From Picochlorum sp. SENEW3 (lineage: Eukaryota), in contig CP120456.1 in the NCBI GenBank assembly GCA_034226945.1, positions 682,001 to 746,000 on the forward strand: DNA of 64,000 nucleotides, written 5' to 3'. Made by a program: the position numbers and the translations under genes. Each line of letters starts with the position of its first letter. Positions within the stretch are counted from its first letter, which is position 1. Below are positions 52,958-64,000 of this stretch, in pieces. Under the pieces are notes generated by a model that worked only from the letters and a program-made list of their open reading frames with translations, ran no database searches and was not told the DNA's origin.

Positions 52958-53351
52958 ACGAGATGCTGTCGTGCGTTTTTATGAAGTCTGAGAAAGAATT
53001 CACGGGTCAACATAGACGAGACTGGCCAGTCCAGACCTTGGCAAGTATTCCATCCCTGTTTCGTTACAGAATTTACTCAGCATCAATCTGATTCAAACAT
53101 GAGATGTTGGTTGGATTTTGAATGGAGAAAATCGGAGGCTGTGATAATCTGGATAATCCGGGTGTTTTATTGGACTGTCCAATGGTCAACAAGACACAGT
53201 CTCAGACTGGAGTCTAGTCACTAGACAGTCTCTAGGGGCAAATTTGTCCGTGTCGCGAAACCTAGTGTACTCGCATTCAATATTGCTTGACTCATGGGCC
53301 ATTGTCAAGAAAGATTGTAAATTACAGAACCGCTGTATTATCATAGTATTA

Positions 53352-54287
53352 TCATAGTATTCGTCCAGCTCGAATAGGTTTGTGGCGAAAGTGCTTGACA
53401 AACTCTGAGCCATCAGATGTACAATCTGCGGTAATACTCCTAGTGCTTTGCAGTAATGTCTTGGTATTGTAGCAGAGTTGCATTTTGTTCTCTCTGAGTA
53501 TGAACAGATCGGCAAACATGTCTGCTCTGTACTCTGGGTCCATCTCCAGATCAATATCATGCACAGATAATTCCAAATCTGCATCACGAAAGTCACATGG
53601 TCTATTTTGAAGTCTATATTTCTTCCCAAATATGTGGAAATCAATCGCATGCCCTAATTCATGGCTAATAACGCCTTCAACTGTTTCATCAGATGCATTG
53701 AATACTCGTGATGACAAAACAACGGTAGACACAGAGTCTGCTGGCCTTGCCGGAAATCGATCATACGGTACACAGTATGCATAATGTCTACAGCATTCTC
53801 GCGTCAAGATGTCGTCCTGTGTATCTCGCTGTGAGCAGCATTGATATGGCTCGACCCCTTGGAGAGAGGGAGGAATGAATGTCCCACACCTTCCTTTGTT
53901 ATAATCTTTTGCTGGATCACCAGGTGATCCAGTTGGCAAGGACTTTGTGACCCCATATATAGCGAGTCGAGCATTAAATCCAGCGCCTATTTCCCTCTGA
54001 ATCAAGTGCACACTGTTCAAAAAGTAGTCTGCAATGTGTTGCGGAATCTCAGGCCCAATCAAATCCTCAGATCTCAACAATCCACCACTCCACGCTCCTG
54101 AGGGAATAAGTAAATGCGAGATAGCCACCATAGCACCGCTTCCAACCAAGATTTGTCGACGGTCGATGTCTGTCGATTGAGCTGATGAATGTTTCTGAGC
54201 TCTGCTGAGCGTGTGTCTCCTTCTTGTCGAGAGTTTGACCGAGCACGGCGTTTGGTTGGATTTTGCTCGATTCAATCGGTATTTCAT
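53352..54287 (-). CDS. Putative thylakoid-lumen protein with an HExxH zincin motif
   Basis: Transit-like N-terminus, twin-arginine DRRQIL, hydrophobic stretch and AWS cleavage site. SHELGHAID with a downstream EYRAD; Cys-rich. Confidence 0.6.
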   Translation of the reverse strand: MKYRLNRAKSNQTPCSVKLSTRRRHTLSRAQKHSSAQSTDIDRRQILVGSGAMVAISHLLIPSGAWSGGLLRSEDLIGPEIPQHIADYFLNSVHLIQREIGAGFNARLAIYGVTKSLPTGSPGDPAKDYNKGRCGTFIPPSLQGVEPYQCCSQRDTQDDILTRECCRHYAYCVPYDRFPARPADSVSTVVLSSRVFNASDETVEGVISHELGHAIDFHIFGKKYRLQNRPCDFRDADLELSVHDIDLEMDPEYRADMFADLFILRENKMQLCYNTKTLLQSTRSITADCTSDGSEFVKHFRHKPIRAGRIL

Positions 54288-54471
54288 TTTTTAATAACTC
54301 AATATAATTCTATATTTGCATATTAAATTTCAAATTCTTTGCGATCGAGAATTTCAATAGCGGAAAGGAACTCGCGTAGAAAATCTCTACTTGCCTTCTT
54401 CACGAACAAGTACAACGTTTCATTCAATATCTGCACCACTCATCAACACATCCAGATTTTTTCGGTATTTA

Positions 54472-56609
54472 TTAGATCCTTGTAAACGCTGTCATGTAGC
54501 CAAAATCGTCATCTGCCTCATCCACGTGCCCTGAGCATGCTGCTGGGCAGTCCCATGTTGCCTTCTTGATGAGAGCTTCCTTGTAGGGTGCCATCAGCAT
54601 CTCGGCTTCTCCTGTGAGCGTATCCACGGTATAAGCACTCCCTTCTAAAATACCAACGCATGTATCTGTTTTGTCATCGTCGTCCATCAGGGAAAGACAG
54701 ACATCATCAAAGCCAATGTTGCCTCCACCAGGCCTGATGTTGTACAGTGGCAGAATGGCCGGCGTTTCAGATAAATCACTTCGTCCAAGGAGCTCTACCG
54801 CTCCTTCTATAGCTACTATGTCGCTTCCTCGTATATGCTGTTGCCATAGTATTTGCATAAAACCATTTGAGTCCATGTGTTTTCTGCACTCCTTGTACAT
54901 TGCAGACCTCGCTTGCTGGTCATAATGTCCAGTAAGAATGGGAAAGTCCAGTACTATGAGGTCGATGGGTCCATTAATGCACCAGAAGCTATCGTCAAGT
55001 GTACAGCGGTCGATACAGGTGTCAAAAGTTCTCACCGTTATGTGATGTTGCTGTGCTGCAAACACTTTTTTCATTGCAGTGACTGCATTATCAGTTCCAC
55101 CCACGTCATCCCTCGATCCAATCTGTATTATGACAACATTTCCTTTTCTTGACAGTTGATAGTCATGCATCATGGAAAACGCTTCCATTCGATGTTTCAT
55201 TGTTTCAAGTAGCAAACTTGCAAGGATACGTGCTGGTACAACATCCTCCACACTCCCCAATAAGAAAATTTCCCCTGGCTTCACACAGCAATTGATCGAC
55301 TTTTCTTCCAATAAGAATGCAGGATATCTGGCGGATACATTGAGTATACCCACTGGTGCATTCCATGGGCTCTTTGGATCAAACAAGCCCTGCCCAGGCA
55401 ATGAACAAGTCCACATGCCACCACATCCCTTGTTCGCCAATGATTCATACAAGGAGTGCAAACAAAGGGTGTATTCTTTATCTGATAACGTTTTGACATC
55501 AAGCAGTTGCAAAATGTCGCCAGGATTCCCTTTCGTATGGACGAATACCTCCAAATCCTTGTCCCCAACTCTCTTGAAAACTGGATGTGGCTTTGAGTAC
55601 AAGGTAAACACCAAATCACCTGCGTGTGTATCCACCGTCTCTTCCCCTTCATCTTCATATATCAAAGTATCTCCCTCTCTACTTCCTTTACGAATTACGA
55701 GGTGAAACGTCTTCTCCGAGACAAACTCCTTGCCCGAGTAGTCAACTCGTCTCCTGGAAACAGTCACAGGTTCTGTGCATCCGAAATTTAGTTTTTCTAT
55801 TGGTAAGGTAACTTTTCTATGTAATGTATCATGCTTTTTTAATTTAGGTCCCATTCGTCTCATTCGCGAAAGCTCACCAGCCCCACGGCTGACTTGACGA
55901 GATTCCTCAGGAGTCAACGTTGGCAGTCCCTTGCCAGGATTCGTCTCCATATAATCCCTACATTTATCATATACTGCTCTTCTATCTTCATTCGTCAGTA
56001 CATCAAAAGCCTTTGCCACATCAAGAAACTTTTGAGCGATCGCTTTGCGTTCTTCCTCTGAAGATGCCTTATGCTTGTCTGGGTGGTATAACAAAGAAAA
56101 TTTGCGGTACGCAGCACGGACCTCTGACGCGCTCGCTGCGCGATCGAGGCCCAAGATACCATAATAGTCCTTTTTAGGATCAAATTTGTCGTCATCAAGA
56201 GCTCGCGCATCACCATCCTCGTGCGCCTGCTCCTTGGCCTCTCGTGCCTCCCTCGCCCGTTCCTCCTTCGTCTTGTATGCAGATCCCTCTCTTTTCCTTC
56301 GTTCCTCTTCCCTATCATGCTCTAATTTCGCTTGCTCTTCAGATTTTTTTCGCATTTCTTCCATCAATCTCTGAAATGCCTGAGGATCTGTAACGCGAAG
56401 ACCACCAGAAGACCCTCCTCCTCTCTGCAGTCTCTGTCGATTGTATTCTTCATTGCGAAGGGCCACTTCCTGACCTGAATCCCTGTACAATGATTGAGAT
56501 GCATGTAATCATGCTGTGCTCTTTCCATTCCGCCGCATAAGACACCAAATACCAACGACGAGTGCAACAACGTTCAGTATCGTTCAGCGTACCGTAATTG
56601 AAGTGCCAT
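54472..56609 (-). CDS. DnaJ/Hsp40 protein with an extra C-terminal alpha/beta domain
   Basis: J domain DYYGILG..AYRK..L.YHPDK..F..V..AF.VL, DnaJ-C segment (GEE..AGDLVF..HPVFKR), then about 280 further residues. Short first exon at 56609. Confidence 0.85.
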
Positions 56610-56785
56610 GGCTTGATTTGGATTTACATAAATTCAAATTAGAAATAACATGATACAGTGCGAAGCTGAGGTGCCATTAAGCGAGTGTCTCGTCGACACC
56701 GTGGACGATCGAATTTGGCCAATTCGCTGCATGCAAAGAGACCTATAGTGTATTGCATGCAGTTGCATTATACCATGCATGATTT

Positions 56786-57873
56786 CTACCTTACGAAGAC
56801 ATCTCGCATTGCAGAACCTTTTGTTGTACGCTGTTCGTTGAATGGGATATTTATCCATCCGTTTGACTCCCTATCGAAATACCATTGCCATAATGTGCAT
56901 GGCCTATGAAGGTCACCTTCCTCGTATGGAATCCCCAAAACATACTGATTTGGAATCCTATTGTGCCACGGATTGCCGATGAGACGCCTACCTGATTTAA
57001 AATATACATGATCCCCTCCATACATGTAAATTTCCCTGGCATCATCTGACATGACCCGGTAGTATGCTCTGTACTTGAGCAATGTTCTTGTCCAGATGTG
57101 TCTATACAAAAAGATTCCAATCGATCGATCATCTTGGATTTTACTATACACTGGTACATAATAATTTGTGGGTTCTCCTCTGTACACAATACCTATATCC
57201 TTCCTGGACAAGGATTCTGGTGTTGGAATGTGATCTGCTGTGAAGCGCACCCCAAGTGATCTGTGATATTTCATATCCTTCTTCTCCATCTCGATGCACT
57301 TGCGATTGGATTTCCACCAATCCTTCATATCTTCTTCATTCTTCATACATGATTTATACTCATGGAAATGTGTTCCATCGTTCAGTACATACCACCGTTC
57401 ATTCCCGACATGCACATCCGAGTCCTCAAATGGTGATGCATGATCTCCAATTTTGACCTTTGCAACGCGAACGATTCCTATGCGATCAAATGTATGATCT
57501 GACTGCAGCGCAGATATCGAATCTTCGAGCATATTGGCATAGATTGGGGACTGGGTCCAGACAATGTCTTGTATACAACTCGAAGAGCCATGCAGAGACA
57601 CCTGGAACATGATGTTCTCAGGGAACTGGATCATCTCATCGTCGATATATATTGGGCCATTAGATTGGTTATCAACGCCGCTTGAGTAGAGCGATGACAT
57701 CTCAGGATGAGGGGAACCTATCGCAGCTGTTACAGAGACTGTTGATGAGTTCAAAGGAACTCTCTCCTTGGTGGGATAAAAGCCACTCTGCGCGTGTAAA
57801 ATTAATATAATAAGATTTATGATATGTTTCTCCACAAGAAAGTACAGATTCACACCATTTGAGAATCAGACAT
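56786..57873 (-). CDS. Hypothetical protein (about 340 aa, aromatic-rich)
   Basis: 355-codon open frame with a plausible short first exon MSDSQM and one intron. No family recognised. Confidence 0.5.
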
Positions 57874-58421
57874 TCTGCAGATCTTTCGAAATTCGAAACC
57901 AGGCACCCGCGAATGATCAAATTACTAGACAGAGAAGGCTTATTTCATTTATGAATAGTACAAGCATATAATTTAATTGAAATATTTCGGTTGGGATCGT
58001 TTGCATGGTGTCATGGTCTGAATCAGTTGGTAGACCGTTGTCGGATCTGGATCTCCAGTGGAGCTAGGAGATCTCATCTAGATGAACCATGCACGAGGCT
58101 CATCCGCGAGCGCCACCACCCCACGTTGTTCGACATGGGCAGAGGAGAAAGGATATCTTTTACATGATGCTTTTTCTCTTGTGATAAAGTTTTTCTTCGA
58201 GTTCCATCTAGCCTTTGTCCAGTCAGTGGTACTTCCAAACAGGAACTCTTCAGCCAGACCCATATAGGGTGCCTTCTTCATCAAAGTGACATGCATCATT
58301 CGTGGGGGCACCATCTACAGCAACTTGAACGCCCTTTCCTGGATTCAAGTTGACAATGGTTTCATTGGATCTCGCTTGGGAACATCGCGATACAGACAAT
58401 CACCAGCTATTTGTCGTGATA

Positions 58422-59233
58422 TGCTTGACAGCAGTATCCCTATCCTTGACGACTGTCCAGTTTGCCTTGCTGTCGACGCCTGCAGCCACGGTGGCATGTT
58501 GTTCCATGTTGGCCGCTGCTTTCCTGGCACGCCTGTTCTGTCGCCTCCTGAAATTCTTCTTGGCAGCCTTGGAGTACTGCTCGGCAGGCTCCGGCACCGC
58601 CACCTCCAGGAGCCCTCTTTGGAACAGCGGCGTGGGGTGCTTCCACGTGTTGGCACGGCGTGGTCTGAACTTCTTGGCCACTGCAGCATGTCACAGAAAT
58701 ACGTGTGAGATCATCATCATGTCCACGGTGGCATCCACAAAGGCACGGGCACCGCCAGGCCTCCAGGTGGGATCCTGGCAAGCAGCGGGCAAGGCCATGA
58801 CGAAGCGGGTCTCGTGTGTTAACAACGCCACCCAACTCCCGGTGTCACCACCCACCATGCCCCCCAAACCCACCTCCCCGGGGGCTCAAACACTGTAATA
58901 TGATATAAGACACGTACTTTGGATAACGATAGCAGCAATGCGCGCTTGATGAGCGAGTCGGTATGAACTCGAATCGAATCGAATCAGATCGTGAGCAGTG
59001 GAACGAGTTCCCTTGTGTTTGTGGTGCCTGCGTGGTTGTTTGGCAGTCACGGTAGCACGTGTATGTTTTGAGTGTCAGTTATCTGACGTTGCGATGTTGT
59101 TTGTTGTATTTTGTTTGCGGGAGGTGGTTGGCATGGTGGTGCATTTGAGCGGTTGTTGGGTCCCGATGGCGCCTGGGGGGTCCTGCCCTCATCCCCTCCC
59201 ATGGCGCCGGGTGCTGGATGGGAGAGCGAGCGT
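58422..59233. repeat. GC-rich dispersed repeat, copy B
   Basis: Near-identical to 32687-33492 in the same orientation, with a few substitutions, one extra C and one extra TCGAA unit. Confidence 0.92.
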
Positions 59234-59287
59234 GGACGCAGTGTTCATTTACATGCTATTCGCCTGTATTACATGATAGTCTTTTTC

Positions 59288-62200
59288 TCATGTTGTCAAA
59301 GATGTATCACAGGGTATTTGAAGTGTATTCGCTGTTCCAGAAGCAACCCTCCACGAAATCTCCTCCTGCTGATTACTAGAGCGCTCAAGCTGCATTAGCT
59401 CGTCATATTCATCCAGAAAAGGAATCACTGCAGGTGCATTGAATTCTGTTTTGCCGCCCAACTGATTAGATCTGTCCAGTCGACGCAGTTGTCCTGAGAG
59501 GAGTATTATTGAAGACGTTTGGCCGATGGTATCTCCAAAGGTAACCTTTACTATTTTGGCCACGTGCAGAAGTTTTCGGATTCTGCTTGTGATCTCTTTT
59601 GCCACAATTTTCGCCCTATTCTGGATGAATGTCTTTCTAGATATCCTTTCCATTTCTTGAGTATGAAAACCAATTGCCTCAGTGCTCAAGACATTTCCAA
59701 GGGAAGGTTTTCTTTCAATGTTTTCATTACTCCATGACTCTTCTTCTTGAATAGATTGCCCTTGCACCTGAAAGGGGCTCCTAGTAGCTTCTTTGTCACG
59801 ATATTTGAAACTGATTCGCGCACGATCATTGCTTCGAAAATCAAGATACTTTGAAATTTGATCAACTAGAGACTCCTCTGAGTTCTCAAGTATGTATAGA
59901 GCAGCTAACCTAGTCCAGCCTTCAAGCAACTCCAACATATCTGACGAGCCTGATTCTGCAAGTGACTGTATATCATCTATATCAGACTGAAGGAACCTCA
60001 ATACAATTGGTCCTCTCCCTGCATACACAACGTATTAGTAAATAACCCTTTCCTTTAACATTTAATCAATTTTACACACCTAGAGCATTTCCCACTGCAA
60101 CAATAGACTCTGAGCCTGGAAGAGGAGCAAATTGTAAAGCACCCAGAAGACCAAAACAACTTCCATGTCCATAATATTCTTCTTTCTCTCCGTGAGTGTG
60201 GCTTTTCACAGATTTGACGACGCCACTAAGCAGATGGAAGATACCGAGGCTTTCAGACTGCTCATTGATGGTGCAAATCAGCTGCTGTGGCTTGTACTCT
60301 TGTACAAGACCCATTTGCCAGAGCATCTTTGCGGTCTCAGAATTCAGACCGGAGAATGGTCTCAGGGTGCAGAAAATATCCTTAAACTTTGGAGGCCTCC
60401 AAACAGGTCCCGTGAGTTCTAATTTCGTTAACTTGTCATCAACGTGGCTGTGAATTATTTCACCTTCATTTTCTTCCATCACACCTGCATCTACTAGATC
60501 TTCTACAAACTTTTGCATGCTTTTAAGGACAACAAGGGCGGCACGATACGACTGGATGGCCCTGAAAGTATCTGGTGCTTCCACTTCTCTATCGATGATG
60601 AAATCATGGGATTTCTTGATTTCTTGCTCTACCTCTTGCAGTAATGTCCAGAAATTTTCATCATGGAGCTTGAGCCATTTCACATGCTCACTTGTAGATA
60701 GAGCTAAATGATATTCTATTGCTACTTCACATGCAACAAGCATTGTTTTCCCTAAGTAATGGCGAAAAATCTTATTCATCAATGAATATGGATAATATAA
60801 GATATATTTCGCCCAGGTGTGCGCCCGTTTGAAAGATTTGGTTCCTTTGTATGATAAATAAGCCATTGTATGGACAACGATACCTTCTCTAGCCTTTCTC
60901 ATCAACAGTTCCCAAAGATCTAATCGGTCTTGGATGGCTTCCAATTTTTCATTGCAAACTTGCTCTAGAATAAGATATGCAGCAATAGACAGCTTTCCTC
61001 CTATTCTTCGCTGCTTAAAACGACGTTTGAGTCCTCCAATCAACCGATGTCTAATTTCTTTTAAGGCACTATTGTTCAGCGCGCTGCATGCATTGAAATG
61101 ATGAAGATCGATGTAATTCGACAATGACTCTATGCGATAATAAAATTCAACCAAGTCTTGACGAACCTATCTGAATGCTTGCTATTCACTGCATTGTCAT
61201 TCTCTTGGAAGCCAGACACTTTACCGGTTTCGCTATGTTCAGTGCGTATGTCTTGCTCGTCATTCAATATGAATTCTTCCTTAAGCTGATCAATATGCGA
61301 ATTCAGGTGTAGATGATGCGAAATTAGTCCAACCTGGCCGCCTCTGGAGTTCATCGTATCACTGCATGGCAAAAGAAAGGAAAGCAAAATAAAGAGAACA
61401 GGTATGGAAGCCAACAATTCTGGTGGACATACATGGAACCGCTCTGCAACACATGATCAAAATTCGCACGATTTCCCATCAAATCAAGCTTTCTGGTCAG
61501 GCTATCAGGTCTAATATTTTGTTGCTGCAATTCGGCATGAAGCCGCCTTCCTGTTGCAGTGTTCAAAGTCTTATGATTTCGAAGGAATCTCCTGTCCTCG
61601 GCTTCTTCGGAATCCTCGATTTTACTCATAGACAGTTTACTTAGGTATGCGACAACGTCCTGGAATCTAGCCGGATGTGAATGCTTTTTTTCTCTTACTG
61701 AATGATTCTCTGATTGTCTGACGCCCAAGCTTGCTTGACGATCGAGGTTTTTCCGGAGACTTTCTTGAATTTCTTGACGAGAGGCTGCTGGCATGCTGGA
61801 GTAGTTTCGATTCAGCTCCTCTCGCTCAAACTCCTCCTCTTCAACACTATTCTCTATTTCAGTTCCTCCTTCTACAAGAAGAGTCTGAAGATCCTGGAGA
61901 ACTTTCTTGCCCGATTCACTAGTCAAGCAATGCTGGTCTGATTCATCAGAGGCTCCTGTCAGGTCATATTTACCTATCGTTCGCCTTTCTATCCCACTCT
62001 CAATGTCCACCACAGGCTCTCCATGATTTTTGCCTTCTTCTAATTCACTGCTGTGGCTCATGCCCAGCGAAGGCCCCTGATAATGGCATTCATTATTGTT
62101 TCCAAAGTCATCTGCATCCTCACTGTCAGTGAAATCCTTCAGGCCATCTTCACTGCTAATATGAGAAAAATTATCGCTATTATCATGTTTTTTCCAAAAT

Positions 62201-64000
62201 ATTCTCAGTGTCACAATCTCAAATATAATCTGCTTCGCTCCATACCACAAAGTGCTGACAAAGGCTTTTGCAACTCCAGAATATGAATTATCGTCCCATG
62301 TGGCATTTTTACCTTGGCTGATTTCTATCACATCCTCAGAAGACTGCCCAAATGATTCCAGCTTTTTGGTAAGATCGACATATTTGGCCACAATTTCCCA
62401 GTCAGCCCCAGCAAGAAACACATCATCATTATCCTTGTACCGTTGTATGCAGAGTCTTGTATGCTCCAAAAATGTCATTTTAGCTTTGTTCTGAATCATT
62501 TTCGCTTCTCTCGAGGTTTCATTCAGCTTTAAAGACTTCAGAAGTGGTGCAATGAGGGGGGCGTTGATAATCAGAGTGAGAACCACAAAACTTGCTGTCC
62601 ACAAGGAAATATCAGAGATGACAACCTTCTCCCCATAGTCGCCAGAATATGAGCTCGAAGATAACGATGCCAACATGATGAGAGAAACGGCACCGCGTAA
62701 TCCAGACCAACCGGTAAAAGCAATCTCCGCAACGGTAAGAGGTTCACCGACCAGATGGAAAAGAGGGTTGAAAAGTGCAACACAGCCAGTCCTAATGAGT
62801 AGCATGAAGATATAGACTAGAATGATCGATGCATAGGTCATTGCATCTTTTGGAATTTGCGTAATCGATCCAATTAAGAAGTTTAAAGATGCCACGCCTG
62901 CCCAGAAGAACACCAAACCATTTGCTGCGAAAGATATCATGTCCCAGACTGCTTCAAATGCACCTGATTTATATGACGAGCCCGTCATACCCCACAGCAT
63001 GGTCATGTTCCCAAACAATCCAAATATTACAACAGAAATAACCCCAGATCCTCCAGCCACCGCATTTGTGATATAATATGATAGATACGCCATCGCTAAC
63101 ACATATGTTGCCTCAATGTGAGCACCTGTATACAAGAACTCTGGTAATGTGCTAGGAAAAGACAAAAGATACAAGTCTGCTGCATACCTGCCCCCCTCCA
63201 CCGAATCCACCTCATGATATAATATGAAATCATAGAGAAACCCAAGCCTATCCCAAATCCAATGGATGATAACTTGATGATATCCACAATTATAGTTGGT
63301 ATCACACTCCACACCGAGGGAGAATTTGTTGTAGACGCATCTTCAATGATCTTCTGGAAAACTTCAAACAATGTGATACCAGTGGCATCATTCAACAAAG
63401 ATTCTCCTTCCATGATAGCTGTCAATATTGCTGGGCCATGTACCTTTTTCAAAATCGAGGAGACTGCCAGGGCATCTGTTGGAGCAATGATGGATGCAAA
63501 CAGTGCACCATACACCCAGCTCCAACCCGGCGAACCGTCAAATCCCAAAACAAATAAAATCAAGGAAGTTAAAATAATTGCAGTGATGATGACCATAACG
63601 ACCGCCAGCATAAGAGAATGAAAAATTGTCTTCCGAAACATATAAATGTCAATTCGAATTGCCTGTTCAACTATCAGCGGCGGTAGGAACGCATAAAAGA
63701 AAAGATCAGCAGGCTGAATTCGTAGCCATAATGTTACTGCATTTCCAATCTCTAACAGGTTCACGTAGTAGTTGAGTATTCCCAGCAGAGCTCCTGATAT
63801 GAGAACATAGACAGTTGACAACTTCCCAAACAAAAAGCAGGTTGCCAACAATGCAAGAGAGGCAAATAAGAAAGCATCATAGCCTCTTAAAGGTACTGTG
63901 CAGTAATTAAATGTATCTGCAACAGTCAATGCTCCTTTAATTTCAAATTCAGAGAAGAAGAACAAATTTGACCATTACCTGGGAGGTATACTCTGTTTGT
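59288..64000 (-). CDS. SOS1: SOS1/NHX7-like plasma-membrane Na+/H+ antiporter (CPA1) with long cytosolic tail; 5' end beyond the window
   Basis: Motifs FLPPLI, IAPTD, MEGESLLNDATG, SGVISVV, WSGLRGAVSL. C-terminal cNMP-binding-like segment (GIFHLLSGVV..G.CFGL). Several introns. Confidence 0.88.

Overview
Gene-dense eukaryotic nuclear DNA with short (about 70 nt) GT-AG introns and tiny intergenic gaps. The gene content (plastid NADP-MDH, OPR/RAP protein, algal-type glycolate dehydrogenase, SOS1-like antiporter) points to a compact green alga, probably a Picochlorum-like trebouxiophyte (inference). The main signal is in the first 29 kb, which holds a physically clustered photorespiration/glyoxylate module. 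It contains an alanine/glutamate:glyoxylate aminotransferase-family gene, an AGXT-type aminotransferase, a BOU/CAC-subfamily mitochondrial carrier, NADP-MDH, NADH-GOGAT, hydroxypyruvate reductase, glycolate dehydrogenase and serine:glyoxylate aminotransferase. Many of these genes sit in head-to-head pairs, two promoters share a motif set, and the enzymes carry mitochondrial-type presequences rather than PTS1. Embedded genes not normally assigned to the pathway (RraA-like/HMG aldolase, ETF-beta, twin-LOV photoreceptor) are candidate new components or regulators. The rest of the window holds housekeeping genes, five intronic C/D-box snoRNAs in two unusually long introns, a catalytic-domain-only MTHFR, a dispersed ~0.8 kb GC-rich repeat, and several divergent proteins. 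CDS coordinates span introns and were placed by eye; all family calls come from motif recognition, not database searches.
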